IMG/VR virus record: IMGVR_UViG_3300032290_001460
Location: 42,309 to 106,308 of that record
Length of the DNA: 64,000 nt
Reading direction: 5' to 3' (one strand)
Source of the DNA: a virus
Taxonomy: Duplodnaviria; Caudoviricetes
In this document: one piece after another, positions 12,201-18,600 of the stretch
Position numbering within the stretch: position 1 is the stretch's first letter
Layout: the number at the start of each line of letters is the position of its first letter
The notes under the pieces: generated by a model
Seen by the model: the letters and a program-made list of their open reading frames with translations, nothing else
Databases searched by the model: none
What the model was told of the DNA's origin: nothing
Translations under genes and position numbers: made by a program

Positions 12201-13563
12201 AAAAATAGATGATGATATTTTATCTTTATTTAAAGATGCTGAAAATCCACCGACTAAGAATGAACTGACGAAATTGACAGGACTATCACAGGATGCAGTA
12301 TATATCCGATTAATTAAATTGCGTGAAAATACTGGTCGAGAATTAAGCCTCGCAACAGATGACGAAAGAATAAATAATACAATTCTGTCTTTCTTTAAAG
12401 ATGGCGGAAAATCGCCAGATATGAAGAAAATAATGGAAGTAACAGGCCTGCCATATAAAGCGATACATAAAAGACTAGTAAGGTTGCGTAAGAAAACTGG
12501 ACGTGAACTAAAACTGGAAGGGCAGCGAACGAGCGTAATAGGAGATATTGGTGAGACTATTTTATCGTTTTTCGAGGATGGTAAAATTCCGCCAACTCGC
12601 GAACAACTAGCAGATGCAACGGGTTTGCAATTAGATTCGATAAGTCAAAAGTTATCTAAATTACGAGAAATAACTGGGCGGGATTTGCCAGTTCGTATAA
12701 ATCGAACAATTGAGCCGAAAAGTGCAGAAATAAACAATACAATTTTATCTTTATTTAAAGATGATGAAAAAAATCCTACTAGTGCTGAAATTATTGAAGC
12801 GACAGGGTTGACGCGTTCAATGTTGGGGAAAAGATTGGAATATTTGCGTAAAAGAACTGGGCGTGAATTAAAACTAAGAAAAAAAGAAAATAAAGAAAAA
12901 AAACCTAAATTGGTTGTTGAACGCAAACCTAAATTGGTTGTTGAACGCAAACCTGGAGATACGTCCAAAGAAGAAAAAAAGACTCCAGACGAATTGGTCT
13001 TATCTTTATTCAAAGATAGTAAAACGCCCCCAACCATGCAGGAAATAGTAAGAGAATTAGGAGTGTCGTATCCGGCTGCGAAAGAACGGCTTAAGAGATT
13101 ACGCCAAAAAACCGGCATGGCATTGTCAATTACTCCCGTGCCGGCGATGCCAATATTAAATGATGCCATAAATCAACAACTTTTATCTTTGTTTGAAAAT
13201 AATAAAAATATAACTACTGAACAAATTGCGAAAGCAACAGGGTTGTCTGTTTCTGCAATAAAGGGCAGATTGGTTCGTTTACGAAAAGAAACAGGAAAAG
13301 AGTTATCTATTAGTAGAGACCTGCCACCAAGCCTTAGAGATGATATTAGTAAGACTATTTTATCATTTTTTGAAGAAGGTAAAAGTGCACCAACCCGACA
13401 GCAACTAGTGGACGCAACGGGATTCTCCGCAGATGGAGTAACTAGACGCTTACAAAAATTGCGTAAAGGAACTGGGATGGACCTACAACTCGCCGGAACC
13501 AAAACCCCCGAAGGTCGAACCACAATGCCGAAGTTAGAAATTATTCCACCAAAAGAAAAATAA
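298..13563 (+). CDS. Giant 4421-aa protein: N-terminal HK97-family prohead protease fused to a multi-domain cargo region (KTSC-like domain, HDxxGH domain, duplicated WLYPDG domain, C-terminal HTH array)
   Basis: Residues ~20-170 carry caudoviral prohead protease motifs (GNKDSVGDIVASGAF, WGHNWNDPIGK, EWSIGY, LREVELYEVSPVLHGAN). GGAG precedes the ATG. The 13.3-kb ORF is uninterrupted. Confidence 0.9.
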   Translation: MSQGTFEDIHFKAMNGQFNIDEAQGIVECFVAAVGNKDSVGDIVASGAFTESLKRRKPRVVWGHNWNDPIGKVLEIYEVPAHDPRLPGKMKQAGVGGLYAKVQFNLATEKGREAFASVAFFGGDQEWSIGYKTLQANFDSAMQANVLREVELYEVSPVLHGANQLTATISVKSDEGEKCHSPAMGAGMPMMPAVMRAFKPGIPEGGPSRISARIGYDVSSPREDIFAEGEARELNREEIYRLEEELMSRSNNRLKIISATENMVTFHRMLPNGSSTAYRLPYHYDTAVRQYMFGKPEKMGQGPSQPQPQTVVPMQMPSMPMSVKPNAVSPYAMVNGGYDGEKSVEERLHEVIAGLKLPLFDDEVAEKSQQDKIEEVVNLLQSYIEEKSEPMRVIMKCEPHQAFRVKELLDPVIEYHGLQAEVSEKGVHLSGTFNDETLDALYASEKSIQRMFMKEGGWGKDNGPTGPTFEVEVKALGGRVGQRIGGGLSAAPPGMVWVDVTGAIDGDSDGIVFEGTPMQRPIIPRAMIPKVQASILQQTSLPRAMEMERNRVPKPSVSQEDSKPRLNQVPKKNESDSVVPSKPIPKIDDTIPTPSKAPKKTQGRKSRKSPPTNPNIYDPWVYRNSGTERILGNEFSIITPLDEIINSVSSRSKKLTPKEIIDNYAYFLNYRGLDTQQVFKIFENHGYVNTEKVNQTISDELKFAIDDIIAAGGRIVFAQNNLLINLGGNKLIIDLLDKDSYSNVRQQLSMPLKQLYVKERKTVTNISDLSPRYNYLKPELKKLKEKYGDYFVIRALDAGHYSAVLFDPISGDPLKTYQFSGSPRSTSNLLKNLSSEFTNAAVVRRFESAKIWKPAREVIDKVPLRPANEGETPKFGPLSGTSKLVQIFSELGFSPDSKEYPNALVELEIHDIGDGKFGVYGVIVDEDGIEHLVSQEQDGLADSLDFLRALGSEYSQSQLSEMRSAHLRRMGVVGQLGDTSGLSQEVEEMRAARDERTYNQWFVDDGSRSQRTPTLIYNTAAKSIRDIFDDEKTWDPFFEDLKDVLGHSQKQSQRLLDLYDDPNATEEAITNLEESIRELDEQIAAVIDYAKFLNGENRRARLKRLKNPLINKMIDERTGGEYSDFTDAEIERLRNNLTFSENDISDIFGVEGSDKARNFVESMQDVLDDAEWYDGILSSPIEDENNPDYLENPSQELYDDAIRSLSMEIDFIKDARKRNHQQRLAISDGSNLSDGTSRSQRSFINGRGVGETRQIFPNEDKQGTSKKIKYARYDGRKEELLVEYSSGETITYGGVTDRMVSAVEKSLDDIDGGIDGIKAEARYSIKPDGQIEGRAVSVATLVQRDIERLEQYDVITAKDKLWMQLAANAILSNFEEPPEYELLSLSDQLANVANKLAREYEENSAALNLLEIKSSIDDRVGNGLGGTRGTRMYRPLKDETTLDLTNDEIGELRDEIQSILNKHGDRITFAPFAEFDKALKDAQDSNKNNVTIKNNLHSALTVAYDELYWMASHSQAEKRWLNPIGETLLNIAAASGRFTSPRLSANRGDFKGVPFNNGAPSRMTPEARTTLIDWANGDGLGFYVLKDIRDSYRLRNGNLTSRQWNTLANMYRRFGPGGSDRKDSSSRSKKDTEIYYAIVPSDVPDQIDDEEEEKPKPKKPVGKPASELLPGDFDSMTAKEKIDVMFQIGRATKDNPDGIAPEDWDRLIYPLDKELDVEEAVQNQAEFMAAQEAAAMRGEVLTEEQFYENKSRQAELHDRRTIQRALSEYDAGRPELLQKLGLRRENFIIKADREYKAPTKPKPLGKWATDFSMKIRSQIEKAIANGLAGEEHLDPWLSMEELINDNDGLLDEETIQNIIPVLEEYVSAYDGAEFGHRSEGNSYKQANDMIEELENTLSILLDPTIIEDDSDDSGDDKKDSDAASEVPDTTQGVSLSIEGDSGSKSRRSSSMASTTGRQDAVDSGSNQINSEDSSRSIREVIKLEDLLEIDKREQSEDMGEPFVELSKALENWLNNHISDMGGWDKSHETRLRRQVEDLILNLRGLRDKWQSMGTAKRSGILRRMKMVDGYEPHPLTKMSLEDIISKSELRIHDDGTLSFKLPPNPILRQLIPGNRNYQDVELPTAETVSEIFDNLTNDWRRLDELFNSIYEVFDEDEDGRRGARLRKYPVGGEKLPHHSLYLGKYAEPPTEAPSPEGALQYHYNDISARILQYYIIPELAKIKRNENPKIGEISNDNDHFIHGYLQLFTDPHAWQEMSAVLSENFRVSPGTILHDLLGHYALGNTFDRHGEYGNILSTIQLARDKKFWQKLREIPELSDLSEEDRDLYMRGLLVDVAARWFNRVGTDSPDDERRLKKKIAFYDGPIDELLDKIDPPNEQSSSSSRSTRRIPLIDVDDKQLSELGKESIDGIAIREEFIRPSSRDELEQFVSRRKPIGSDLPVDLRTGEPRRMSHETDREWNARRNNFYRNNPWFDRPPIDASEDSPKIDRNNEFGDGELIKPSYKFNFKWNQYQDYTDEELIDKLKSDKKPSNTLVHELSLRGYEVRKKREYDLGDFSGREGYDYTYFFAKPMDEITQEHLDRRKSKYNPVDETQKIDEPSTSIIPTLEEDVVDEQDFVEPEEFPLKPKQPRVPRPRPGTNTVNIGGNNSGIINLGNNVTIDTGDINVSNQGSKITIINGNKVTVDANTDVLSMPLKKVDEELASIQKDLAELKERRVKGSISDADYAQRRVDLANRKVALKLKKHSVPDGDATKGTPNVSYIGNSSRSTRNIDYYRREFNLSPEDLEFIKYTNAPDLFLREEFGIDDTAIADIRSYVPPLDVIKEIDSLTDDDVRFLESYDGIVSQITEEFNSFVTRTMAERLQAIQYIGNSNLPELEKQENIKEIDDAFNELLKVNSEIHFDRLNDAVLYTAPLNYRGFGWRMTPERISSLGLPEGYENKLKFNQATRIWEMMNGLGFDWDEIEDFTGLTFDELKPLFPHVRIIGMIREQEKNSLNNPPEDGSSSRSMRPERRQIVPISGNYTRQGNLHRKLDGLLTPGSSDYRKDDLSDEEISAIKKFSYSQTVRYDYDYDPLSLMTYEELDTLSNLISADRAKSLNVEFDKDFRKLIEQEFDIRDIRNDPFKYRGGGNERKLKREFVSAEEFLGPGMDGYAINRGMHGGWLYPDGRIYPLQQDSHGTEFVYRDAFEDGLIRIIFSQKSQRRDSSMDLEIADARPTPEQYETLQKLMDAGEPSEIRFAAGKKSEEYDASYTSRPTYQYENVLRGKDTKKLKESLTQEVSWKQEESTSDDSSSSLSKKGTYRPLLGHTFEGYGQAEKKLSYSLEKLSKQNGAAKKLNDEEKNVIEKYFQIKNADAEPLRLLSDDEIKTLLNLISEEKLTVRNADLSAELLGVYRKDAEYLLIRELDIRSNPQKYKFGGNERKLKNRFLSAKQLVDPETMGVWETPSLRAAWLYPDGRLYHVTDGHTKEHTYNDAFGDGLIRLNVSLAKEKDDRGPATAPFLAIHAADIAPTAEQMKILEELIDVAKPKEIFYQAGVSSKIHNPNEVIPDDSDFGIYVEGERSGTIKSGDLKKRLKQELDAVGWAKLPDNDSSSRSKKDTDSDLSDEEFKIIDDFVNADIDNIEPVEEEPTDGRTRRARAKKREEFLRDAVTQIIKLSENAEKFKRGPDAGEVSGGLLEKVAQMFAAGDYSIIDKYEKIVKEKGAGTSPGEFFANSYYKYESLGAEQRLERQKGGNKQKGKFVENIEALEAKITDGESSFVLPELSIEDDLSVGEIDEDVAKKIAFYDKFEEYLPLHAEIMGYIGSGMTASKISKQTGVPIKIVNAMKSNMAFIAEQLGDIENWPLDSLDEDYRDIAKLLPGDDMSLNLDIAKRLQKAKTFFETIEFDRDTGEISFEQTSIAQRQIKLEKNNDIILSFFEDGKPAPTIEEIAKALGVTFDSARGLIVRLRKTTGRKLKTGKKEENSKKIDDDILSLFKDAENPPTKNELTKLTGLSQDAVYIRLIKLRENTGRELSLATDDERINNTILSFFKDGGKSPDMKKIMEVTGLPYKAIHKRLVRLRKKTGRELKLEGQRTSVIGDIGETILSFFEDGKIPPTREQLADATGLQLDSISQKLSKLREITGRDLPVRINRTIEPKSAEINNTILSLFKDDEKNPTSAEIIEATGLTRSMLGKRLEYLRKRTGRELKLRKKENKEKKPKLVVERKPKLVVERKPGDTSKEEKKTPDELVLSLFKDSKTPPTMQEIVRELGVSYPAAKERLKRLRQKTGMALSITPVPAMPILNDAINQQLLSLFENNKNITTEQIAKATGLSVSAIKGRLVRLRKETGKELSISRDLPPSLRDDISKTILSFFEEGKSAPTRQQLVDATGFSADGVTRRLQKLRKGTGMDLQLAGTKTPEGRTTMPKLEIIPPKEK
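12043..13488 (+). repeat. Eight tandem ~55-aa helix-turn-helix repeats at the C-terminus of the giant protease fusion
   Basis: The consensus ILS[FL]F[EK]Dx3-4PTxx[EQ][IL]xxxTG[LV]x7RLxxLRxxTGx[ED]L is readable eight times. Confidence 0.85.
12901..12948 (+). repeat. Exact 24-bp tandem duplication (KPKLVVER x2)
   Basis: aaacctaaattggttgttgaacgc at 12901-12924 and 12925-12948. Confidence 0.95.
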
Positions 13564-13571
13564 TATAAAAG

Positions 13572-13600
13572 GTGACTTTATCTTACTATTTTAAAGTCAC
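13572..13600 (+). terminator. Inverted repeat just after the giant protease gene; possible terminator or RNA-processing hairpin
   Basis: gtgacttta (13572-13580) pairs with taaagtcac (13592-13600). There is no clear U-tract. Confidence 0.35.
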
Positions 13601-13752
13601 AACAAGCCCCCGTAACCTACTTACGTCAAAGATTTTCCCTCAAAACAAATTTAGATTGCATAAACTATACATGTTTCAGTATTTATTCAAATTGATAGGC
13701 ACTCTCAGGGTATACTATGAGAAAGAATGATTTTATAATTAAATAGATACTT

Positions 13753-13821
13753 CTACTTCCTAGCCAATATACAGGCTAAGATACTGGAAGTAGGCACTAG
13801 CCACGCTGGGTGCGCATCCAG
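13753..13821 (+). promoter_or_regulatory. Structured 5' leader of the scaffold-like gene
   Basis: A ctacttcc/ggaagtag stem with an inner tagcc/ggcta stem (13753-13793), then the hairpin ctgggt-gcgc-atccag (13806-13821). AAGGAG precedes the ATG at 13850. Confidence 0.45.
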
Positions 13822-13849
13822 TACAAAGCATTACAAGGAGTCTCGAACT

Positions 13850-15646
13850 ATGAATTACGACGAAAAAGCCGTAGTGAAAATTGATGCCGAAGGTGGCGTC
13901 GTCAAATGTGCCAAAGGTGCAACAGGAAGCGACTGCGGCTACAAGGCAGGCGCAAAAGTTTGTGGAAAATGCGGAGCAATGGCCGTTGAAATCAAAATGG
14001 TTCCCGTCGATGCCATGGACGAAGACATGGAAGACGACGAGGAGATTACTCCTGAAGAACAGAAAATGTTGATGCGTCGTCGCAAGGCTATGCAAATGGG
14101 CATGGGCGATATGGCCGAAGAAGAAGATGTCATGGACGACGACGAGGAGATGACCCCCGAAGAACAGAAAATGGCCATGGACTACGAAAAAATGATGCTC
14201 AAGCGCAAGGGCATGGGCAAATATACGGAAGACGAAGAAGTCTTAGAAGTGCCCGAAGAAGACGAGATGATGGACGAAGAAGCCGTCACCCCAACAGCAA
14301 AAACTTATGGAATGAATCGCTTTAGAAAAGGCATGCCTGGGGTTTCGGCCATGGATGAAGATATGGCCGAAGAAGAAGATGTCATGGACGACGACGAGGA
14401 AATGACCCCCGAAGAACAAAAAATGGCTATGGCCTACGAAAAAATGATGCGTATGCGCAAGGGTATGGGCGAATACGTGGAAGACGAAGAAGAAATGCTT
14501 AGCCCTGCCAAGGGGATGGGCATGACGAAGCCAGGCATGAAGTTCAAGAATCCAATGGCTAAGCCAGGAATGGCCGGAATGCTTTCGGACGAAGAAGATG
14601 ACATGGACATCGAAGAAGAACTCCCATTGGACGATGCCGAAATGCCAATGGCAATGCCCAAAAAGAAGAACTACATGGGGGCAGAACCCAGCGCAGTATC
14701 TCCAGACATGGAAGCAATGCGCATGGCACGACTTAGAAAACTCGGTACCAAGTCTGCTGACATCGGTGCCAACGGATACTTGTGTGCTATCGAACGCAAA
14801 GTCTACCCCGGCGCCAACTCGGTATGTGACGACTGCCCAGGTGGATGCGTCTCAGAAAAAGGAATGCCTGGCCTCCTCCACATCGAAGGCCTTGCAGAAC
14901 AAATGTTCAAGGGCGACGTTATCGACTCTGGCTACTCGCAAGAAGCCGACATGTTCGTCGTTGATGTCCAGGTAAAGTCTGGTCATGTCAACGAAGTTTT
15001 TGTTGACGGCACAACCGGAGAAGTCCTAGGATTCCATCGCCTTGACGATTCAGTGTTCGAACAGAAGTCACTCGTCAGCGACATCGAAATCATTGACTTC
15101 AACGAAGCGGCAGATATTGCTGTCAAGTCAATCCCCGGTACAGTAGTCGCCGTAGAACCAGCAATCTTTGAAGGTTTTGACTCATACCAAGTCGAAATCG
15201 ATGGTCTTGACGGAAAATCTTACGATGCTTTCGTTTCGCTTGATGGCGAAGTTTTGGGCTACGACCAGTGGGACAATGACGACACAGCAGAGATTGAGGC
15301 TGAAGCCGCAGAAATTGCTTTGAAGCGCGCATTCGGTGACGAGAAGCGTCAAGAAATGGCTGAAGAAGGCACAGCAATGCCTGACGGCTCATTCCCCATT
15401 GCCAGCGAAGAAGACCTTCGTAACGCAATCATGGCTCATGGTAGAGCGAAGGATGTTGAGGCAGCAAAGCGTCATATCATGAAGCAGGCTGCAGCAATGG
15501 GTAAGGAAGACATGATTCCAGCAGAGTGGGTCGCCGGACAGAAGAATCTTTCAATTGAAGATGATTTGAACGGCACTGACGAGTTCTTGAAGACTTTGGT
15601 TGAGTTTGAATTAATGTCTGCAGAAGTTTCCGACAACGAACTGTGA
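13850..15646 (+). CDS. Putative scaffold or head-assembly protein: Met/Asp/Glu-rich low-complexity region, Cys clusters, two PepSY-like domains, C-terminal DUF6582-like domain
   Basis: It follows the protease gene, has a strong RBS, and has C/G-ending codon bias like the capsid gene. PepSY-like motif: FNEAADIAVKSIPGTVVAVE...YQVEI...VSLDGEVLG. C-terminal motif: AMPDGSFPIASEEDLRNAIMAHGRAKD...IPAEW. Confidence 0.65.
   Translation: MNYDEKAVVKIDAEGGVVKCAKGATGSDCGYKAGAKVCGKCGAMAVEIKMVPVDAMDEDMEDDEEITPEEQKMLMRRRKAMQMGMGDMAEEEDVMDDDEEMTPEEQKMAMDYEKMMLKRKGMGKYTEDEEVLEVPEEDEMMDEEAVTPTAKTYGMNRFRKGMPGVSAMDEDMAEEEDVMDDDEEMTPEEQKMAMAYEKMMRMRKGMGEYVEDEEEMLSPAKGMGMTKPGMKFKNPMAKPGMAGMLSDEEDDMDIEEELPLDDAEMPMAMPKKKNYMGAEPSAVSPDMEAMRMARLRKLGTKSADIGANGYLCAIERKVYPGANSVCDDCPGGCVSEKGMPGLLHIEGLAEQMFKGDVIDSGYSQEADMFVVDVQVKSGHVNEVFVDGTTGEVLGFHRLDDSVFEQKSLVSDIEIIDFNEAADIAVKSIPGTVVAVEPAIFEGFDSYQVEIDGLDGKSYDAFVSLDGEVLGYDQWDNDDTAEIEAEAAEIALKRAFGDEKRQEMAEEGTAMPDGSFPIASEEDLRNAIMAHGRAKDVEAAKRHIMKQAAAMGKEDMIPAEWVAGQKNLSIEDDLNGTDEFLKTLVEFELMSAEVSDNEL
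14108..14470 (+). repeat. Near-identical ~111-bp direct repeats inside the scaffold-like gene
   Basis: 14108-14218 and 14360-14470 both encode DMAEEEDVMDDDEEMTPEEQKMAMxYEKMMxxRKGMG. Confidence 0.9.
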
Positions 15647-15666
15647 TTCATAGTTCTATTTAGGGA

Positions 15667-18600
15667 TTGGAGCCCGGTATGACGGGTAGGAGTATCCCTC
15701 GCCGATATTCAAAAATAAATCAGAACACGAAGACTACTTCGCGTATTGAAAAGTCTGCTGTCCATTTTCGTTCTTTGCAGGAATTTTCGGCTACTAAACC
15801 TTTCATGGACCCAACTATTTCTGTCAAGGTTCTTGGCGATGGTCTGAAATCTTCTGGGTCCGGCGATGGCAAGGAACGTACTAGTGGGCCTGATGGCGAC
15901 GAATATGATGGTCCTGTAATTAAACTTGACTGGAATCCTCGTGCGAAGAGGAAACCTGGTCAGATTTTGAAACTGCATGCTTCTTATAGGGAGTTGACTT
16001 CCAAAGAGGGAGCGAAGTGGGGTTGGGTGGACCCTCCTAAGGAAGTTAGTGCTGAAGATAGTGCAAGATTTTTACAGCAAGCAATTGAATGGAAGAAAAA
16101 ACAACCAAAAGCAGTTTTAAAATTATATAAAAATACTTCTCATGGCACGCATGAATTGGAGCCAGTTAAAGAAATTAATATTAAGACTTTGGCTGAGTCT
16201 TTCAATTTTGAAAACTCACAAGATTTTTATTCAGGAAATTTTCATAATGCTCTTTCAGAAATCCCTCTCGAATTTAAACAATTAGGGCAAACTATCGGAC
16301 AAATTTTGCCTGGTCAACGAATTGACTTGGCTCGTGCTGTTAGTCGGGGATTAATAGTAGACGCAAACGGTAAATTCAGGTGTCCTTCAGGGACTCCAAA
16401 TGCCAACCAATTCACTGACTTGGACATGTCTAACTGCTCAACGTTTAGTCCAAAGAAAATTGCTGGAAGATTAGACAGGGCTATTAGTCGGTTTGAGGCT
16501 TGGAAGGAAGAGGGCCTAAGACTAGCGGACGAACGAGACATGATTGACTCTATTAACCCGCGTTTCCAAAGAGCCAAAAAAAATTATACGACCCTTGACC
16601 GTAATAGGGAAATTGAAGAACGTTCTCAAGACATTATTAAAACTATTTTAAATATGCCAGAACTTCGCCAGTTCTTGTTGGATAATGGCTTTGACCCAAG
16701 TGATGACACTACCGTAAATAATGCTGATTTATTTGCATATATCATGCTGTACGATAAGACGTTTGAAAGTCAACCCGATGCATTAGACCGCCAATTATCA
16801 AGAATTGAAGGACTGTTTGGAGATGCTTTGGTTTGGGAACCAGTTCTTGATAGCCAAGGTAACCCCGTTATGGATAGCCAAGGTAACCCCGTTATGAAGG
16901 CACGACCTTTTAAATATGATAGGAATAAAAACTTTAAAGAAAATATGGCGGACTATCGTGAAGCCGTAGGGAATACAATACTTTCGATAATTGGTGACCA
17001 GAGACTTACTTCAGGTAAAAGTTTGAGCGATGCTCTAAAAAATTATAAAAACCCCACTCATCCTTTGCATTCCCAGTATCTCGAAGCAAAAGTGATTTTG
17101 GATAATTTTATGTTGACGCACGAGATGGTGCAACGTGGAACATTGATGACGTATGCTCAACATTCCGTAGAAAACCCTGAACAATTCGGGATAATAACCA
17201 AATTTGAAGCGTTTATGCCGGAGCACGTTACACCTGGGGCTCCAGTCGACGACGAAACCATTGCAGCATTCTGGGCCATTGAGGGTGAGATGGCCTCTGG
17301 GGCTGGCATGGGTTACCAGACTGCAAAAATTATGCGCTCCAATACTTTTCAAATGATGTTCTCCCCCTTTATAGATATGCGTGCTCTTGCTCAAATTACG
17401 GAGCCAACTCCAGAAAATCCTTATGGATTGACAGCAAAACTAGATTTTCAGTCACAGGGGAACGTTGAACTTTCTCTTCAAGAGAAAATGCAACTTTGGA
17501 GTCAAATGCTCAACCAGATTCAAGATGCTGACACTTTTGCCAGAATGCTTCGACAACAAGCGCGAACAGATGAAGAAAAGATGTTCGTACAATTACAAGA
17601 ACAAGTTAAGCAAAGACAAGAGCAACTAGGTCGAATTTTTGTTGGTGCTGAATTACAAAATGAACTACGCAATATAGCCAAAAGAATGGGCATTAGCGAG
17701 GATGCTGCTTCTAGGATGTGGTATCAATTCTCCAAAGCATCAAATATGTTTGCCAACGACTTGTCTGCTTCAAGAATAACAGAACTAAATGGTGGAATGA
17801 GTTTCAATCTTGCCCTTCAGGCCAAAGCGCGACATGTCGCATGGCACGAAATAGGACATTCACTGCAATATTATTCGGCTGGTAAAAGAATTCAAGAATT
17901 TGTTGACGCCGAAGGGGGCTTTCCTTTATTCAGAGACGGAAAATTAATTAGAGAATTAGGGCCGGATACAACGCAATGGACTAACGACGACTGGCGAATG
18001 GCTGTCAATAGTTTAGTACTAGACGCCCCACAACTTATTACTCAATGGCCTCCTGATGGTGTTGGTAAATTTGAAGAAAAAATGCTCCATCTTCTTTCTG
18101 GAGCATATTATCAAAATGAAATAAAAGACTTTTGGAAAAATCCTTCTAGCGTGAGTCCCAAATTGGCCGTTGCTTTAACGGAAGCGCACGTTGAACTCTA
18201 TGCTCTCAAAAAAATGGGCGTCATAGAAGGTGATGATATAGATACTACTTTAGAGTATTTTGAAAATATTATTCCATCACGGGGGTATAGGTCTCCTCCC
18301 GCCCCCATATCACCGAACCCTCCACCGCAACCACCTGCTCCTCCAGGTCCTCCTGCTCCTCCAGGTCCTCCAGGCCCTCCAGGTCCTCCAGGCCCTCCAG
18401 GCCCTCCAACACCACCAACACCACCAACACCACCAACACCACCAGGTGGTGGTCGCACCGTGACTATTGGTGGCGATAATACTGGAATCGTCAATCTTGG
18501 CGATAATGTAACAATTGAGACCGGCGACACATTTGTTGTCGGCGACATTATCATTGATGGCAAAAAAATTGACCCAGATAACATTACTATCAACATTAAT

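Noticed and set aside
12043-14470. Repeats that might be a CRISPR array or DGR template/variable repeats
   Set aside because: All lie inside coding sequence and keep frame. There is no constant repeat with unique spacers, no cas or reverse transcriptase gene, and no adenine-specific mismatch pattern.
18331-18444. Collagen-like PPG repeat suggesting a fibre protein
   Set aside because: Only a few consecutive Gly-X-Y triplets, continuing into PPT. It is better explained as a polyproline linker.
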